A stretch of DNA of 64,000 nucleotides from Camelus dromedarius (lineage: Eukaryota): contig NC_087472.1 of the NCBI RefSeq assembly GCF_036321535.1, positions 91,204,001 through 91,268,000 of the forward strand, in the 5' to 3' direction. Both the position numbers and the translations under genes were made by a program. A model generated the notes under the pieces. It searched no databases, was not told the DNA's origin, and was given only the letters and a program-made list of their open reading frames with translations. This document shows positions 24,922 to 37,841 of the stretch, one piece after another (positions within the stretch are counted from its first letter, which is position 1; the number at the start of each line of letters is the position of its first letter).

Positions 24922-25281
24922 ACTAAAATTATGCAAACTTCCCACCAAACTCAACTATTACAAGTAAGTTAAACATTCATTCAATATTTAAAGTATGAGC
25001 GATAGAAATTTTAATTTGGTGCTACAGAGAAAGTTTTGTAAGGGAATGATGAAAGAAGTATTAAAAGTAGCAAAAAGCACAGCTTACCCCTTGTACCTTT
25101 TGTATGATTTAACTAGAAAACTTTAACAAAGAAAAATTAAGTCAAACATCTTGAAACCAGATGAACTACTTACTTATGAACAGTTTATAAGAACAAATTT
25201 ATCTAATGTGGCAAAACAGTGACTTCTCACTAAGTCTTTATAAGTAGTAGTGACAAGCCAAACAAGCCTGGTGATAGCTGT
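24922..25281 (+). pseudogene. 5' ~360 bp of mt 16S rRNA (NUMT)
   Basis: AAAGTATGAGCGATAGAAAT; GTAAGGGAATGATGAAAGA; ACCCCTTGTACCTTTTG; ends at AGCCTGGTGATAGCTG. Confidence 0.92.
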
Positions 25282-26721
25282 GGTGACATCCTGTGTGTTG
25301 TCAGTAGTCAAGATCAGAGTTAACTGATGCTCCTCTGACATCTGTCCTCCTGAATCATCATAACTTTGATGCATTGATTCCCTAGTAGACTCTCCAGCCA
25401 CTGCAGTATTACTTCTTGTGGATTTTGTGCTTCTAAAGAGAAAAATTTGAATTATTTTTTGGTCTCCATTTTCTTGTATTTGACTCAGTGTTTTGTGGAT
25501 CACTACACATTTGCTTATGTCAGCTTTCCACTTAAAAAATATCCTTTCTTTCTAACAAAAATACTGGTTGTATCAGTCAGCTATTGGTATGTAATTGACA
25601 CAACACAAAATTTCTATTGCATACAAAAAACACCGATTTTGCTCACATGTCTGTGGGTCAGCTGGGGAGTCTGCTGATCTAAGTGCATGAGTCAGATCCA
25701 TGTGTATCTTATTGTCCTTAATCCACAGGATTGGCTAATAAGGGTTTTTCAGTAAATCCACGGGCCACACTGAGTTCCCAGGTTGGTTTGCCTATTTTTT
25801 AGTTTGCTTCTCTCTCCCTCCCTGTTCCCTCCGTGTTTTTTAAAAAAGTTTTAAGACACAGTAGCTTGTTTCTTTGACTTTTTATTTCTAATGTTTAGAA
25901 TGATTTTTTAAAGATTCATTTTTATCCACTTTAATTATGAAATTGATAAAGACATTTTAGTTTGTCTATTATTTCTACGCCTGTCAGTTGCCAGAACAGA
26001 CATTTTTAAGAAATTTGTTCACTAAACTAAGTTATCAAGTGTATCACTCACGGTGTCCTTTTTGTTCCAAGTATATTAAATCATTCTTTTCTTTTCTGGT
26101 ATTATTATCCACAGAGGAAGGATCACCTTTTGTCTTTAACTTTAAATGAAAGTTCTGGCCAGACATTTATCAAACATCCAGCACTTTTAAAGGCTGCTCA
26201 TGCTACTTTGCCAGTAATCTGAGAAGCAATGACCATGAAAAGAAGCTCTGAAATCTCCCCACAGAATCAATGATAAAAAAATGAATTACTCCTAGAATGG
26301 AGAAATCTTCTACAGTTGATGAGATAGGAATATGCTAATTTAGGGTCACCTACTTAGGTACAATTATGTATGCTTTATGGATTAGTAATAAATATTAATG
26401 GCAAATGTTACTTTAGTAGAAAATAAATGCTTGCAAGTAAATACACCTGCAAATATTCATCATGGCAACTTACTGAAAGTGGGCCACATTTCTAGGAAGC
26501 AAGCCTGTGTCATAGACTAGAATGTGGAATCAAAGCTAATCCAGTCTGATATAACAGCAGTTGGCTAAATTGCACATGACCATCTACTGTCCCACTACCA
26601 TTTCTTGGTAACATTTCTTTTGGCCCCAGAAATGCATATGGCAGGACAGAAGTTAATCATGATCAGAAGAGAGTCAGTGATGCTAAGAAGTCTGGTAGTG
26701 TGGTTAAAAGTGTTGGCTTTG

Positions 26722-27234
26722 CAACCTAAATGTCCATCGACAGATGACCAGATAAAGAAGTTGTAGTATATTTATACAATGGAATACTACCCAGCCATAA
26801 AAAATAAAATAATGCCATTTGCAGCAACATGGCTGGACCTAGAGATTGTCATTCTAAGTGAAGCCAGAAAAAGAAAAAAATACCATATATCACTCATATG
26901 TGGAATCTAAAGAAAAAGGACACTATGAACAAAACAGAAACAGACTCGCAGACTTAGTAAACAATCTTCCGGTTACCGGGAAAAGGGGGTGGGAGGGGAT
27001 AAATTTGGGAGTTTTTGAGATTTACAAATATTAGCCACTATATATAAAAATAGATCTTTAAAAAAGTTTCTTTTGCATGGCACAGGGAACTATGTTCAGT
27101 ATCTTGTAATAAACTTTAATGGAAAAATATGAAAATGAATATATGTATGTATATGCATGACTGGGACATTGTGCTGTACACCATAAATTGACACATTGTA
27201 ACTGACTGTACTTCAATGAAAAATAAAAATAAAG
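26722..27234 (+). mobile_element. LINE-1 3' end inserted in a MIR
   Basis: Near-identical to 7715-8245; TSD AGTGTTGGCTTTG (26709-26721/27235-27247). Confidence 0.93.
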
Positions 27235-29160
27235 AGTGTTGGCTTTGAAGTCCGGCATACTTGGGCTTGAGTCTCAGTCTGTTATTCACTTGCTCTTTGA
27301 CCTTGGGCAAATCATTCAACATCCTGAGCCACCTCTAGAGATTCAGGGAACTTGTCTGTCCTGGGGAAGACTGGTCCTAGGATTAGTCTCCTTGACACCA
27401 TTCCATCTGCCCCTACCCACTCCTGCCCACTCCCGAGGCCTCTAAACTCCCTCCTGGAGTCTTTGTAGGGAGAACTTGAGTCTCCACTCTGGCGGGGGCT
27501 TGAAGCTCTGTGCCGTTTGTTTCCTCACTCACTGCCCTTAGAAACATTTATCTCTGCCCTCCTCGTCCATTGCTTCACTCCCAGCCAAGCATAAAGCCCT
27601 CCAAGCATTAAAAGGAAAAAAAAAACATACAGCAGAAACAAAACACCATTGTAATAGCTCAGTAAATTATCTAGTCAGGGTGAAATAGTATTAACTAATT
27701 TTAAGGGTATTTATGAGAATTCAATGTGATAATGTATGATAAAGTATATAAAGCACTTAACCTACATATATAGTAACAACTCAATAAATATTATTATCAT
27801 CTACCAATCACCTCATGTGAGCAACATTTTATAAATCAGAGAGAGGACCAACCCTTGGTATTAAACCTCTTGGGCATTTCACCTGGAAGTAAGACAGACC
27901 TAGACTCAAAATCTAGCTCTTCCTTTTTAAGGACATGCAATATTTTTCAGGCTTTGGTAACCATTTCCACCTTCCAAGAACTTCTGAATTTAACGTTGTC
28001 TAGTCTTACTTCTCAAATGTCTGTGACAGGTATGGAAGGGGCTCTGTGCACCTGTGAGGAGTGCAGGTTAGATGACAGCTTCCAGCTGTGGCTCCTTTGG
28101 GGGTACTTCTCAGTTTTTGAACCAAGCTCATGCTTTTGGAGGGGGCCACTGGCTAATGAATGAGCAGGTGGTGGTACTTGGGCCTGGCCATTTCTGCCCA
28201 GTGCGGGGCTCTTCTAACAGGCAATCTTCCCTCCAGAACTCCCCACTGGGCTGGCAGAGGTTTTCCACCTTTTCTTTCTGTATTCCATGCTGGGTAATTG
28301 TGCTAATCTATCTTCTGGTTTACTCATTCTCTCTTCCGATGTGTCCAATCTGTTGTTCAATATATCCATGGCATTCTTAATTTTGGTTATTGAATTTTTC
28401 TTTCCTAGAAGTTCAGGTTGATTCTTTTTCAGACCTGCTTTGTGGATGTTTCCAAGTTTGTCATCTATTTCATTAAACTTCTCTGATAATATCTGAAATT
28501 ATAAAAATCTCTGCTTTTATTTCATCAGGTTCTCTTTTATGATGACTCATCTTCTAGTTCTCCCTTGGACTCCAGGGTTGTCAATGCCTTAGGAAAATCA
28601 TTTCTGGTGGCCCCCAAAGGCCTAGGATGGAGAGGCTTTTGATTTGATTAGGTCACACACCTTGGAGCACTTCCAGTCCAGATTGCATCAACTAAGCTCA
28701 TGGCTCGAGGGACACACCTCACTGAAGATATGAGTTCCTGGTGGTATAAATTTGCATGATGCAGACATGTACCAACCTCTCAGGGATTCTTTTCCTTTTC
28801 TTTCTTCTTCTCTAGCTGTGCTCAGAGCCAAGGCAGCTTTTTCTGTGGTCTCCTGGGATAGGGAGTGAGGGAGAAGATCCAGTCCTTATCCTGGAGGTGC
28901 AATCTTCTTGGACCCTTCCAATAATGCTGGATAATCACCTGTAAGACTCCCTTGACTTTGAATGTGTCCTGGTCCTGGACTTCTGGATCCCGAGTATGAA
29001 GCCTATTCATCTTTGGTGCTCCGATAGCTTATATCTTAGATTACAAGCTATCACCCCAAAATTAAAAATTAGCCTGGGAGCTATCATTTTTTCAGCTCTT
29101 CAATATTTTTCAGGTATTATTTTAACATGTTCAATGAGAAAGTTTATCCAAATTACCTAG

Positions 29161-29637
29161 GGTGATAGATAAAAATGACCACAAGCTGCCTGTAGCTCTT
29201 TCTATCAAAAGATGGAATGCATTTTCCCTTCCCTTGAATCTAGGCTGGTCTTATGATTTGCTTTGACCAACAGAAAGCAGTGAAAGTGACTTTGTGGGAC
29301 TTTCCAAGCCAAGGCCTCAAGAGGCCCTACAACTTCCACTCTTGCCATCTTGGAACTCAGCCACCATGGAAAGAAGTAAGAGCAACTTAGGTGCTCTGGC
29401 TGACAGCCTAAGCTATCAGATGTGTGAGTGGGGTCAAGTGGGGCCAGCCAGAACCTGGTCAACTTGTTATCTGACTGTAGGCCTGTGACTGATCCAAGCA
29501 AGATCAACAGAAGACTTGACATCAATGAACCCAGGCAAAACTGATGGTCCACAGAATTGTGATCAATAAAATTCCTGCTGTTTTAAGCCATAAAGTTTTG
29601 GGGGTAGTCTCTTATGTGGAAATAGATAACTGATAGA
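29161..29637 (+). mobile_element. MLT1-type LTR
   Basis: CCCTTGAATCTAGGCTGG...TTGCTTTGACCAACAGAA; 3' end TGTTTTAAGCCATAAAGTTTTGGGGGTAG...ATAGATAACTGATA. Confidence 0.82.
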
Positions 29638-31053
29638 CCCAGCTCACCAGTGAATAAAAACTACAAGTACCCTAAACTGAAATGTTGATGCTAAAAACAT
29701 CACCAATTTTGTTATTACTTTGAGAAGATATTCATGTAAAATTTGTTAATAATCAAAGTATTCTACTAAGTAACCAAATATTTGATGGCAGAATTGGCTT
29801 TTAATCCTTTTCTGCCTTCTGACTTCTGAAAATCTTTAAGCATACATGATTAGAATGGCCAAGTCCATTCAGATATACTAAAGTCAATTATCAATAAAGC
29901 ATGATAAAAAAAAGAGAAAACTCTACCTTCTTTTCTCCAATCCTTTCCCCAAGGGGACTAAAATTAGTTCCACTATAAGCAATTTTAGAAACAAGACTCA
30001 TTATTCTTTAACCTACAAACCTGACTGTAGAGAAAAGAATAGTATAACTCTAGGGCCATTCACTTTTTCAAGTTAACATCCTACTCAACATGTTTTGGAT
30101 AAAAGCCTTTTTAATGTCTTTACACAACATATAAAGCTCCTTTTATAAAGCCCCCTCAAAAGTTTTGGGAGCAAGAAAATTTTCATTGTATCTTCCTGCT
30201 TGTGGATTTTTAGCATCTATACATCTACAACTAAATTTCTCCCTTACAGTACAATGCAAAGTATCATTACTTCTCTGAGATAAAAATTAATTTGGAGTAT
30301 TCAGTTCCAAAGTAGTTTATGATTCTTTTTAGAGTGGTATATTCAAAGAAATTAAAAATAAGTTTTTATAGAAAAAGAACTCCATTTAAAATACACTTTA
30401 CACAAAAGCTACTCAAGTAATAAATTGTTACAATCATTGGCTCAACAACTATTTTATGATTAAAGGAATTTAATCCTATTTGTAGCTTATTAACGTTGAT
30501 GAATCTATTGTAATTGTTTTTTCAAAGTATACTCTCTGTCTCATACAATTGTATGGGGAAAATGTAAATAAAGTACTCTATAAATTAGGTTATTCACCAT
30601 TTTCCGGTTATGTTTTATTATATTTGGATGCTAAATTGCTTATGATGCTTAGAACATATGATCAAAGTGCTGATGGTCTATAGTAATAAAAAATATTTTC
30701 TTAATAACTATAAAGCTTAATGCATAAGAAGTTAATGACAATAATGGAGTTTTTAAAAGACTTGCTTGGTATTGAGACAATAATGATAGTATCAGCATCA
30801 GGTACAATTAACACAATTTTATCTTGATTTGCTAATATTTCTGGATTGTAATAAAGAGATTACTTCTTTATAGTTTTCTATAACCAAACAGATGAGACCA
30901 AAAATAATAAAGAATAAAAAATAATTTGCTTGGTATTGAGGAAAATGATGGGTGTGCAATTTTGCCTTGGAATTGGTTGATTCTACTATGACATCCTCAA
31001 GAGTCAACGAAGAACAGAAGTGTTGAAAAAAAGCTTTTTTAAAGAAATAGGTT

Positions 31054-31098
31054 GGGGAGGGCATAGAAACCTAGTTACCTCCCCCCAAAATAAAAAAT
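31054..31098 (+). mobile_element. Minimal Vic-1-type SINE lacking almost the whole tRNA body
   Basis: GGGGAGGGCATAG fused to AAACCTAGTTACCTCCCCCCAAAATAAAA; imperfect TSD AAATAGGTT/AAGTAGGTT. Confidence 0.7.
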
Positions 31099-32841
31099 AA
31101 AAAAGTAGGTTGTTAACCATAAAGATCTTTATGATGAATAAATTCAGGGGAGTGTACAGTGTGTAATTAGCAGAGATATTTGATTTTAAATAATTGTTAA
31201 ATATTAAATTATAGATTGTGAAGGAAATTATCTTTTACAGTGAGCTAAAGTCTAAGGAAAATCAAAGCTGCAGGAAAGTGTAAAGGGATTAATGATTTTG
31301 CTTAAGCTGCTGGTTTTTATGATCCTACCATTAGGGCATCCCAGATTTCCCATGATCACTACTATGCTTTCAGGTAATTATGATTACCTAAAACAAGTAC
31401 CCTAGCCACTTCTGCAATACACGCTGATGGGAAGAAGACCTGAGAAGACAGAAAAGCCTGTGTGGAAAACAGTGCCACCTAGGGGCTATCAGTCTAGGAA
31501 TCAGTCCCTAGATTCTACGCCACATGCCCTTTAGCAAGCAGATAAAAGATTTTAGACTATGAGTGATGGACTTTGAAATGATTGGGGAATCTTGTACAGT
31601 ACTCATTAATAAAATGTGATTGGATTTTTGAGACATTTCAGCAGAAAGTTAAGCATCTGCCCATGTTATCATCACTTAATATTGGCATTACAATGTCCAA
31701 AGTATAACTCAATTAAAAAAAACCCGAAAAAATTAAGTTTGAAATCCTGTCTACTACAATCAGATTAAAGAAACCTATACAGACATTTGTACCTTTGCCA
31801 GTTGTTCCAGGAGTGGGACACAGGCTTGAACTACACAGTTGCTTGGCTCAAGGCAAGAAACTGGAAACCAGTAAGAACTGAGGATTTTCTCTTCTTAGCT
31901 TTGAAAGGCAATCTTCTTTCTGGGAGGCCCATGCAGTTACGAGTGCAGTTCCATCAGTCAAACACAGTTGTCGAAGTCAATTAGGAAACAGTAATAAGCA
32001 GCAACAGGCTTCAGAGCATACTAAGCCCTGTGTGTTACATAGGTTTTGGATTATCAAAAATTACATGTTGTCCAGGCCTAGCTGAGAGGGAGAGGAAGGC
32101 ACCTTGTGTCTCTGATGAACACATATACACACTAGAGACTTTGCAAAAATTTCCCTACAATAATTTTTATTATCTATAATCCACAGAGAGAAGAATAGCT
32201 CTGGTTTTGTTTATTCTACATGTACTTACTTAACAGAAAATGTGAAGAATCTCTCTTATACTCACATGAGGTTATACTGAAAATATGTACCCTATTGTTT
32301 CCTACTATAAACTCTGTAGTAAAGAAAAAGATGTGGTGGTAAATTAATTAAAGGCTGAAGGTTTAAAATGAGTTTGGGGAGAAAGATGATAAACAGATGA
32401 AATTAAACCTTCAAGAAAATTAAGGAACAGCATAGTTAAAAGATTCCACTGAGGGAAAAGTCAAGTTATTGGCAATTATGGTAATATATTTTGCTTAATA
32501 CGTTCAGAAGACTGCCTCCTCATTTATCAAGTCTTTGGGGAAAACGAGTTAGCTGCATCCTTTAATATCAGTATATTCTATTGGACAGATCATGAAAAGG
32601 GGAAGCCCAGATCCTGTTTCACCATAATCTTTCATAGTATTAATGACTAAAGCATTTATTTCCAATATTAGATACTAAAAAAACAGTGAGAGTGAAGTTA
32701 AAAAGGAGATAAATTTATTAACCTTTATTTTTCAAGGAGCAGATAAAATTTATTTCCTTCAGAGGGCTCATTTCAGGGACTACAAGTTCACATGCTGTCA
32801 GGGACTGGTCGTATATATTTTACATAAATGCAAATTAAAAT

Positions 32842-33285
32842 TACACTTTTATTGAGATGTAACTCATATACCATAAATGTATTCCTTTAAAGTTTAAAAG
32901 TCAGTGGTTTTTAGTATATTCACAAAGTTGTGCAATCACCCCCAAAGAAACCATGTATTCATTAGCAGTCACTTCCCATTTGCCCTCTCTCCAGACTGTG
33001 GCAGCCACTAATCTACTTTTCGTCTCCATAGATTTGTCTATCCTGGACACTTCATATAATTTGGCTTCATAAATGTGGCTTTTTGTATATTACTTTTTTG
33101 GCGTAGTTTTCAAGGTTCATCCGTGCTGTAGCACGTATCCATTCTTTAATCATTTTTATACCTGAATAATATTCCATTGTACGGACATGCCAGCTTTCAC
33201 TTCTCCATTCATCAGTTAATAGACATTTGGGTTGTTTCCTCTTTTTGGCTATTATGTATAATGCTGCCATGAACATTCATGTACA
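32842..33285 (-). mobile_element. Old LINE-1 (L1MB-like) 3' end
   Basis: ORF 33067..33276 (MFMAALYIIAKKRKQPKC...MEYYS) is ORF2p C-terminus. Confidence 0.85.
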
Positions 33286-33660
33286 ATGGCCTCTGAAGTT
33301 AGGCTCAAAATTAGACTTAGTTTTGTAAATAGTTAATATATTAACATGGTTCAGTATTATACCTACTAGCAATTTATATATGTGTGTGTGTGTGTATATA
33401 TATATATAAAAATATATATATGTGAAAGTTTTTTGCCACCTCTGTCTTCCATATACCCAATATCACTGCTTTCTGTTCCAATAACTCAACACTATTTATA
33501 ACTTCTTTATGTGTCCTTCCAGCATGGGCAAACATCCTAGTTTTCTTTGTTTAAAATAGAAACTTATGCACTCTTCTGCACCTTGTGTTTTTCACTTATC
33601 CCAGATATGTTTTCATGTTTCTAGACAGCATCCTCATTCTTTTCTAAAGCTACACATTTT

Positions 33661-33804
33661 CTTTAAATTTATTTTTATTTATTTCAGGTTTATTATTAGG
33701 TTTGTTTATTAATTTTTTTAATGGCGGTCCTGGGGCTTGAACCCAGGACCTTGTGCATGGTAAGCACACGCTCTATCACTGAACTATAATATGTACCCTC
33801 CTCC
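33661..33804 (-). mobile_element. Vic-1-type SINE
   Basis: Reverse-strand head; TSD CTAAAGCTACA(C/G)ATTT. Confidence 0.88.
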
Positions 33805-34514
33805 CTAAAGCTACAGATTTCCTATAGTGTGGCTGTACCACAGTTAATTTTGCCAGTCTCCCTTTGATGAATATTTTGGGGATGATTTAAATGATTTGAA
33901 ATCATTTATGAAATCCACTTGTAAACTAGTCATATAATAATAAGCAACCAATGAGGTAAGTAATACCAGGTTTAATAATGAGGAATAAAAGAAACTACTT
34001 AACTTTAATACTACACAGGAAAACTGAAAAAAGCCTGAGGCTGCTTTTGAAAACAAAATATTATTGTCATCCTCAAGTATTATGCTGTCAGGTAGAATTA
34101 GTTACCTGAAGTAGGATGAAAACTGGTAAATAAAGATCATCTAGCTGAGAAACTTGTTTTTAACCTCTCTTCTGCTTCTCAGAATGTATGTTTATAGTCC
34201 CCAAATTTAATAGGTCATTTTCACCAAATCCGATGACAGGGAAATCTCTGGGAATACTTGTGAGTTTTTTGTCTATGATATTTAGCACATTTTACACTTT
34301 ATCATACGAACAGAACTAAGATATGTACCTATAAAGTACAGACAAAGTAGCAATCAGATGGGTTTTAAAAGTCACTCAGTTTTCCACTAATTATCTATTA
34401 TGTAATCTTATGAATTGTTAGGTTACAAGAACAATAGATCAAGTAAATTTCATTATTTAAATATGATTAATTAAAACAAGCTATTATAAAGTTCTAGCTA
34501 AAAAATAAATTTTG

Positions 34515-35343
34515 GAACCCTTGTACACTGTTGGTGGGAATGTAAAATGGTGCAGCCATTATGGAAAACAATATGGAGTTTCCTTAAAAAATTAAAAATA
34601 GAACTACCCTATGATCCAGCAATCCCACTTCTTGGTATACATCCAAAAGAACTGAAATCAGGATCTTGAAGAGATATCTACATTTCCTTGCAGCATTATT
34701 CACAATAGCCAAGATGTGGGAAGAACTGAAATATCCATTGACAGATGAATGGATAAAGAGAATGTGGTACATACATACAATGGAATCTTATTCATCCTTA
34801 AAAAACCAGGAAACCCTACTATTTGGGACATCAATAGATCTGACAGACATTATGGTAAGTGAAATAAACCAGACACAGAAAGACAAATACGGCATGAACT
34901 TACCAAAAGACAAATACGGCGTGAACTTACCTTACGTGTGGAATCTAAAAAGTCAAATTCATAGCAACAGAAAGTAGATTGGTGGTTAGCAGGGTCTGGG
35001 GTGAAGGGGAAATGCAGAGTTGTTCAATGGCTATAAAATTACAGTTAAACAAGACAAATAAGTTCTAGAGATCTGCTATAGAACATAGTGCCTACAGTTA
35101 ACAATACGGTACTGTGCACTTCAAATTTTGTTAAGACAGTATATCTCATATTAAGCAATCTTAACACATACACCCACAAAAAGCAACGAGACACAAGACT
35201 TCTGGAGGTGATGGATATTTTTATTACCTTGATTGTGGTGACAGGATAATGGGTATATGCATATGTTCCAACTCATCAAATTATATACATTAAATATGTG
35301 CAGTTTTCTGTACATCAATTACACTTCATTAAAGCTATAAAAA
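34515..35343 (+). mobile_element. LINE-1 3' end (L1MA/MB-like)
   Basis: ORF 34666..34977 (AALFTIAKMW...DEWIKRMWYIHTME); typical L1M 3' UTR. Confidence 0.9.
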
Positions 35344-35974
35344 TAGTAATTTTTGCACTTATTTACTATCAGGTAGACATTATGAGGTAAATACTGCTTA
35401 CTCGACTGTCAATGCTGTTAGTTTCTATGCTATGACATCTTTTGTTTGGTGGTTCTTCCTAAATAGCCATCATTCTTCATTCTGACACGATACAAAACAC
35501 TCATAAGCCAAAGAACTGAGCTTTAGGCATTTCAAAAGAAACACACTAAAAAATTCTAAGATATCATTGCAGAAGCAAGTATGCATTGCTTATGTTACTG
35601 ATTACTTGGAGTACAAAAGATTGAGCTGTTGGGCTTTGAATTCTGAGAACAATGGCATATTTGACTCCAATGACTATCCCAGGTAGAAGGAAAGCAGAGT
35701 AGAACCAGTAGGTCAAGGTTGGCTATGACCGCAAGCCCCTATTGAAAATGGCTGCTGACCTTGCCAGGGTATTTTCTCGATGCTGAGATGGGACAGTGTC
35801 GTCTTTTCTAATTGAATGAGTAAGGTGCTCATCATTCCAGAAACTACTTCTTCCGGTGTTGGTTAATTCTTCAGAGTGTGCCTGATCAAGTGCTAACAGC
35901 TGAGTTTCATGCTTCCTGAAACATCTTTCTCAATTTAACTTTGATCTAAGTTCTAGTCTGTAAATGAGAAATGC

Positions 35975-37830
35975 AAGTAAGAATGAGGGCCAATTTATTT
36001 TAAGTAAATTTATCATTCAGTATCAATGCATACAATTTCAAACATTTATAAATATTGCAACTTATAGAAAGTTAACATAATCTTAAAATTATTTGAACAG
36101 TGATTTTCACAATTATTTACATTAACTCAACCTACCTTTGTAGAAACATAATTATGTTTAGAAGTATCCTTGCTACGAAGTAATAATTTCACAGTACTTT
36201 TCTATACTACTTATGTCACTGGAATGGCAGCTGTATCAATAAAACCCAGCAGATTCAATAATTTAGAAACAGCATAATCAGAACTGCAAATGTAAGCTAC
36301 CATAAACTCCAAATAAAACAAAAGCTTTTATATTAATATATAATATTTTCCCATTTCAGCACTGACTGAAGAATTAGGAGGCAGTGTTTTCTTATCTGTA
36401 GTAAACAGAAATTAATTTTCAGATATTTTTAAAATTGACATTAAGAAACTAGACCAGGTAAGTTTTTCTAACACATACTATTAAATTTTTTTAGAAATTC
36501 TTGGTTTCATGAGAAGCCATTTCTAACAGTAAAACACTTCTTCAGCTGTAATATGACAACAAGCAGAGATAATTCTGTCATCTCAAGTAGAAATTACGAT
36601 TGCTTATCAGCAATTGATAGCATACTTGGATAAAAAGAGATTCTTGGCTTTTTTTTTCTACTGACATTTTTAACCTAATTTGACATCCCCTCAAAAGAAC
36701 CCTATATATGTCTAAAACTATGGCAAAGGAAAATAACTTTATATGGACTAGTGCTTGTGTTTGAAAACAATATTCACTGTAGTATTAATCCACAGTCTTT
36801 TTAAAAATATAGTATATAAAAGTAAAGTCTAAGAAATTATAGTCACAATAAAGTACATTTTCTTTTATTGACATAGAACATATACTTGAATTTTAAATGT
36901 TGGCTCTTTAAGAAAAAGTTTCTCTTGGTAAATAATATGCATAACCATTGCCCAAAAATGTATACAGCTGTTTCCCCTGAAATATTTATACACATAGTGG
37001 TCCACTTAAGACCAGCTCCATTATAACCTACTGAATATAATGTGCTCTTAATTTATAAATGGGCTACCCGCAGTATATAAAATACATAGACATATACATT
37101 ATACATGTAAAATAAAAAATATAAAAAGGAGAAATGGGAAAAAGAAAAGGAAAAAAGTGTCCTTCCCTATAAGATCCAGATTGTAATTCAGTGTAACCAG
37201 TGAGACCATGTAAAATGTAAGAATTTTCAGTTTTTGGCAAATACTTTTCAGAAAAATACCTCAGCTGTGAGAGTATTAAATTTCCACTTTAAGAATTTAG
37301 TAGAGGTATCCATTTAAATATTCACTGAATGATGTTGTGGGGGTCTCTCTCATAAATAGAAAAGAGGCCTTTGTGGGGGGGGGGGGTTGTTAAAAAGAAA
37401 CAAACAAAAAGTCACTCATTTTTAGCTGGTTAGTAATAACCCCTTAATCAAGTGTGTGTAGTGCAGGTATCAAATCCTGGCCCATCAGAGTTTGAATATC
37501 TTTGAAAAAAGATTCCAATGGACAGGATCTTAATTGTCCCTAGATTTTAGAGGGAATGACGCAGGAAATGATGGCAAAGGAGGGGGTCAGCCCCAAAGGT
37601 GGCTAGTCCAATCTTTACTGATATTAAAAAACACACCAAATGTTTCTATAGCATTCTTTCTGCTGCATTTTCTTTATTTCAAGCCACAGATGTACTTGGA
37701 GGGTCATGCAGCAAGTGGCTTATAAATAAAATCAGAGTCTATGAATAGTGTCATCACATTAAGAGACAGAATCGCTGGATTCTCGTTAGGTAAAGAGCTC
37801 GCATCTTTGGGATCCATGAGTTCGTATTAT
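35975..37830 (-). other. GK: GK 3' UTR (distal extent uncertain)
   Basis: AT-rich sequence without recognisable repeats after the stop; minus-strand AATAAA at 37673-37678, 36864-36869 and 35994-35999. Confidence 0.6.
37626..37678 (-). terminator. Proximal GK polyadenylation signal with GU/U-rich downstream element
   Basis: AATAAA ~150 nt after stop, followed ~30 nt later by TTTGGTGTGTTTTTT on the minus strand. Confidence 0.7.
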
Positions 37831-37841
37831 TTATGGCATAC
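37831..37841 (-). CDS. GK: Glycerol kinase terminal exon, coding part (G-M-P-stop)
   Basis: ctcttgtcctctgttttag|GT ATG CCA TAA; phase fits upstream exons; the 10 exons sum to 829 nt = 1 + 276 codons with no internal stop. Confidence 0.9.

Larger units (their letters stand above)
23057..25281 (+). pseudogene. NUMT: nuclear copy of mtDNA (control-region 3' end, tRNA-Phe, 12S, tRNA-Val, 5' 16S), interrupted by a SINE and a solo LTR
   Basis: Vertebrate mitochondrial gene order; recognisable motifs with indels and CpG decay; left boundary approximate. Confidence 0.95.

Noticed and set aside
23420..25281. Functional mitochondrial rRNA/tRNA genes or mtDNA contamination
   Set aside because: Indels in conserved motifs, CpG decay and an LTR insertion with TSD show long nuclear residence.
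24922..25281. Humanin-like ORF in the 16S copy
   Set aside because: The NUMT ends ~360 bp into 16S, well before the humanin-coding region.
34879..34931. 27-bp-period tandem duplication (AAAGACAAATACGGC(A/G)TGAACTTACC)
   Set aside because: Ordinary slippage duplication inside an old L1 3' end; no sign of function.
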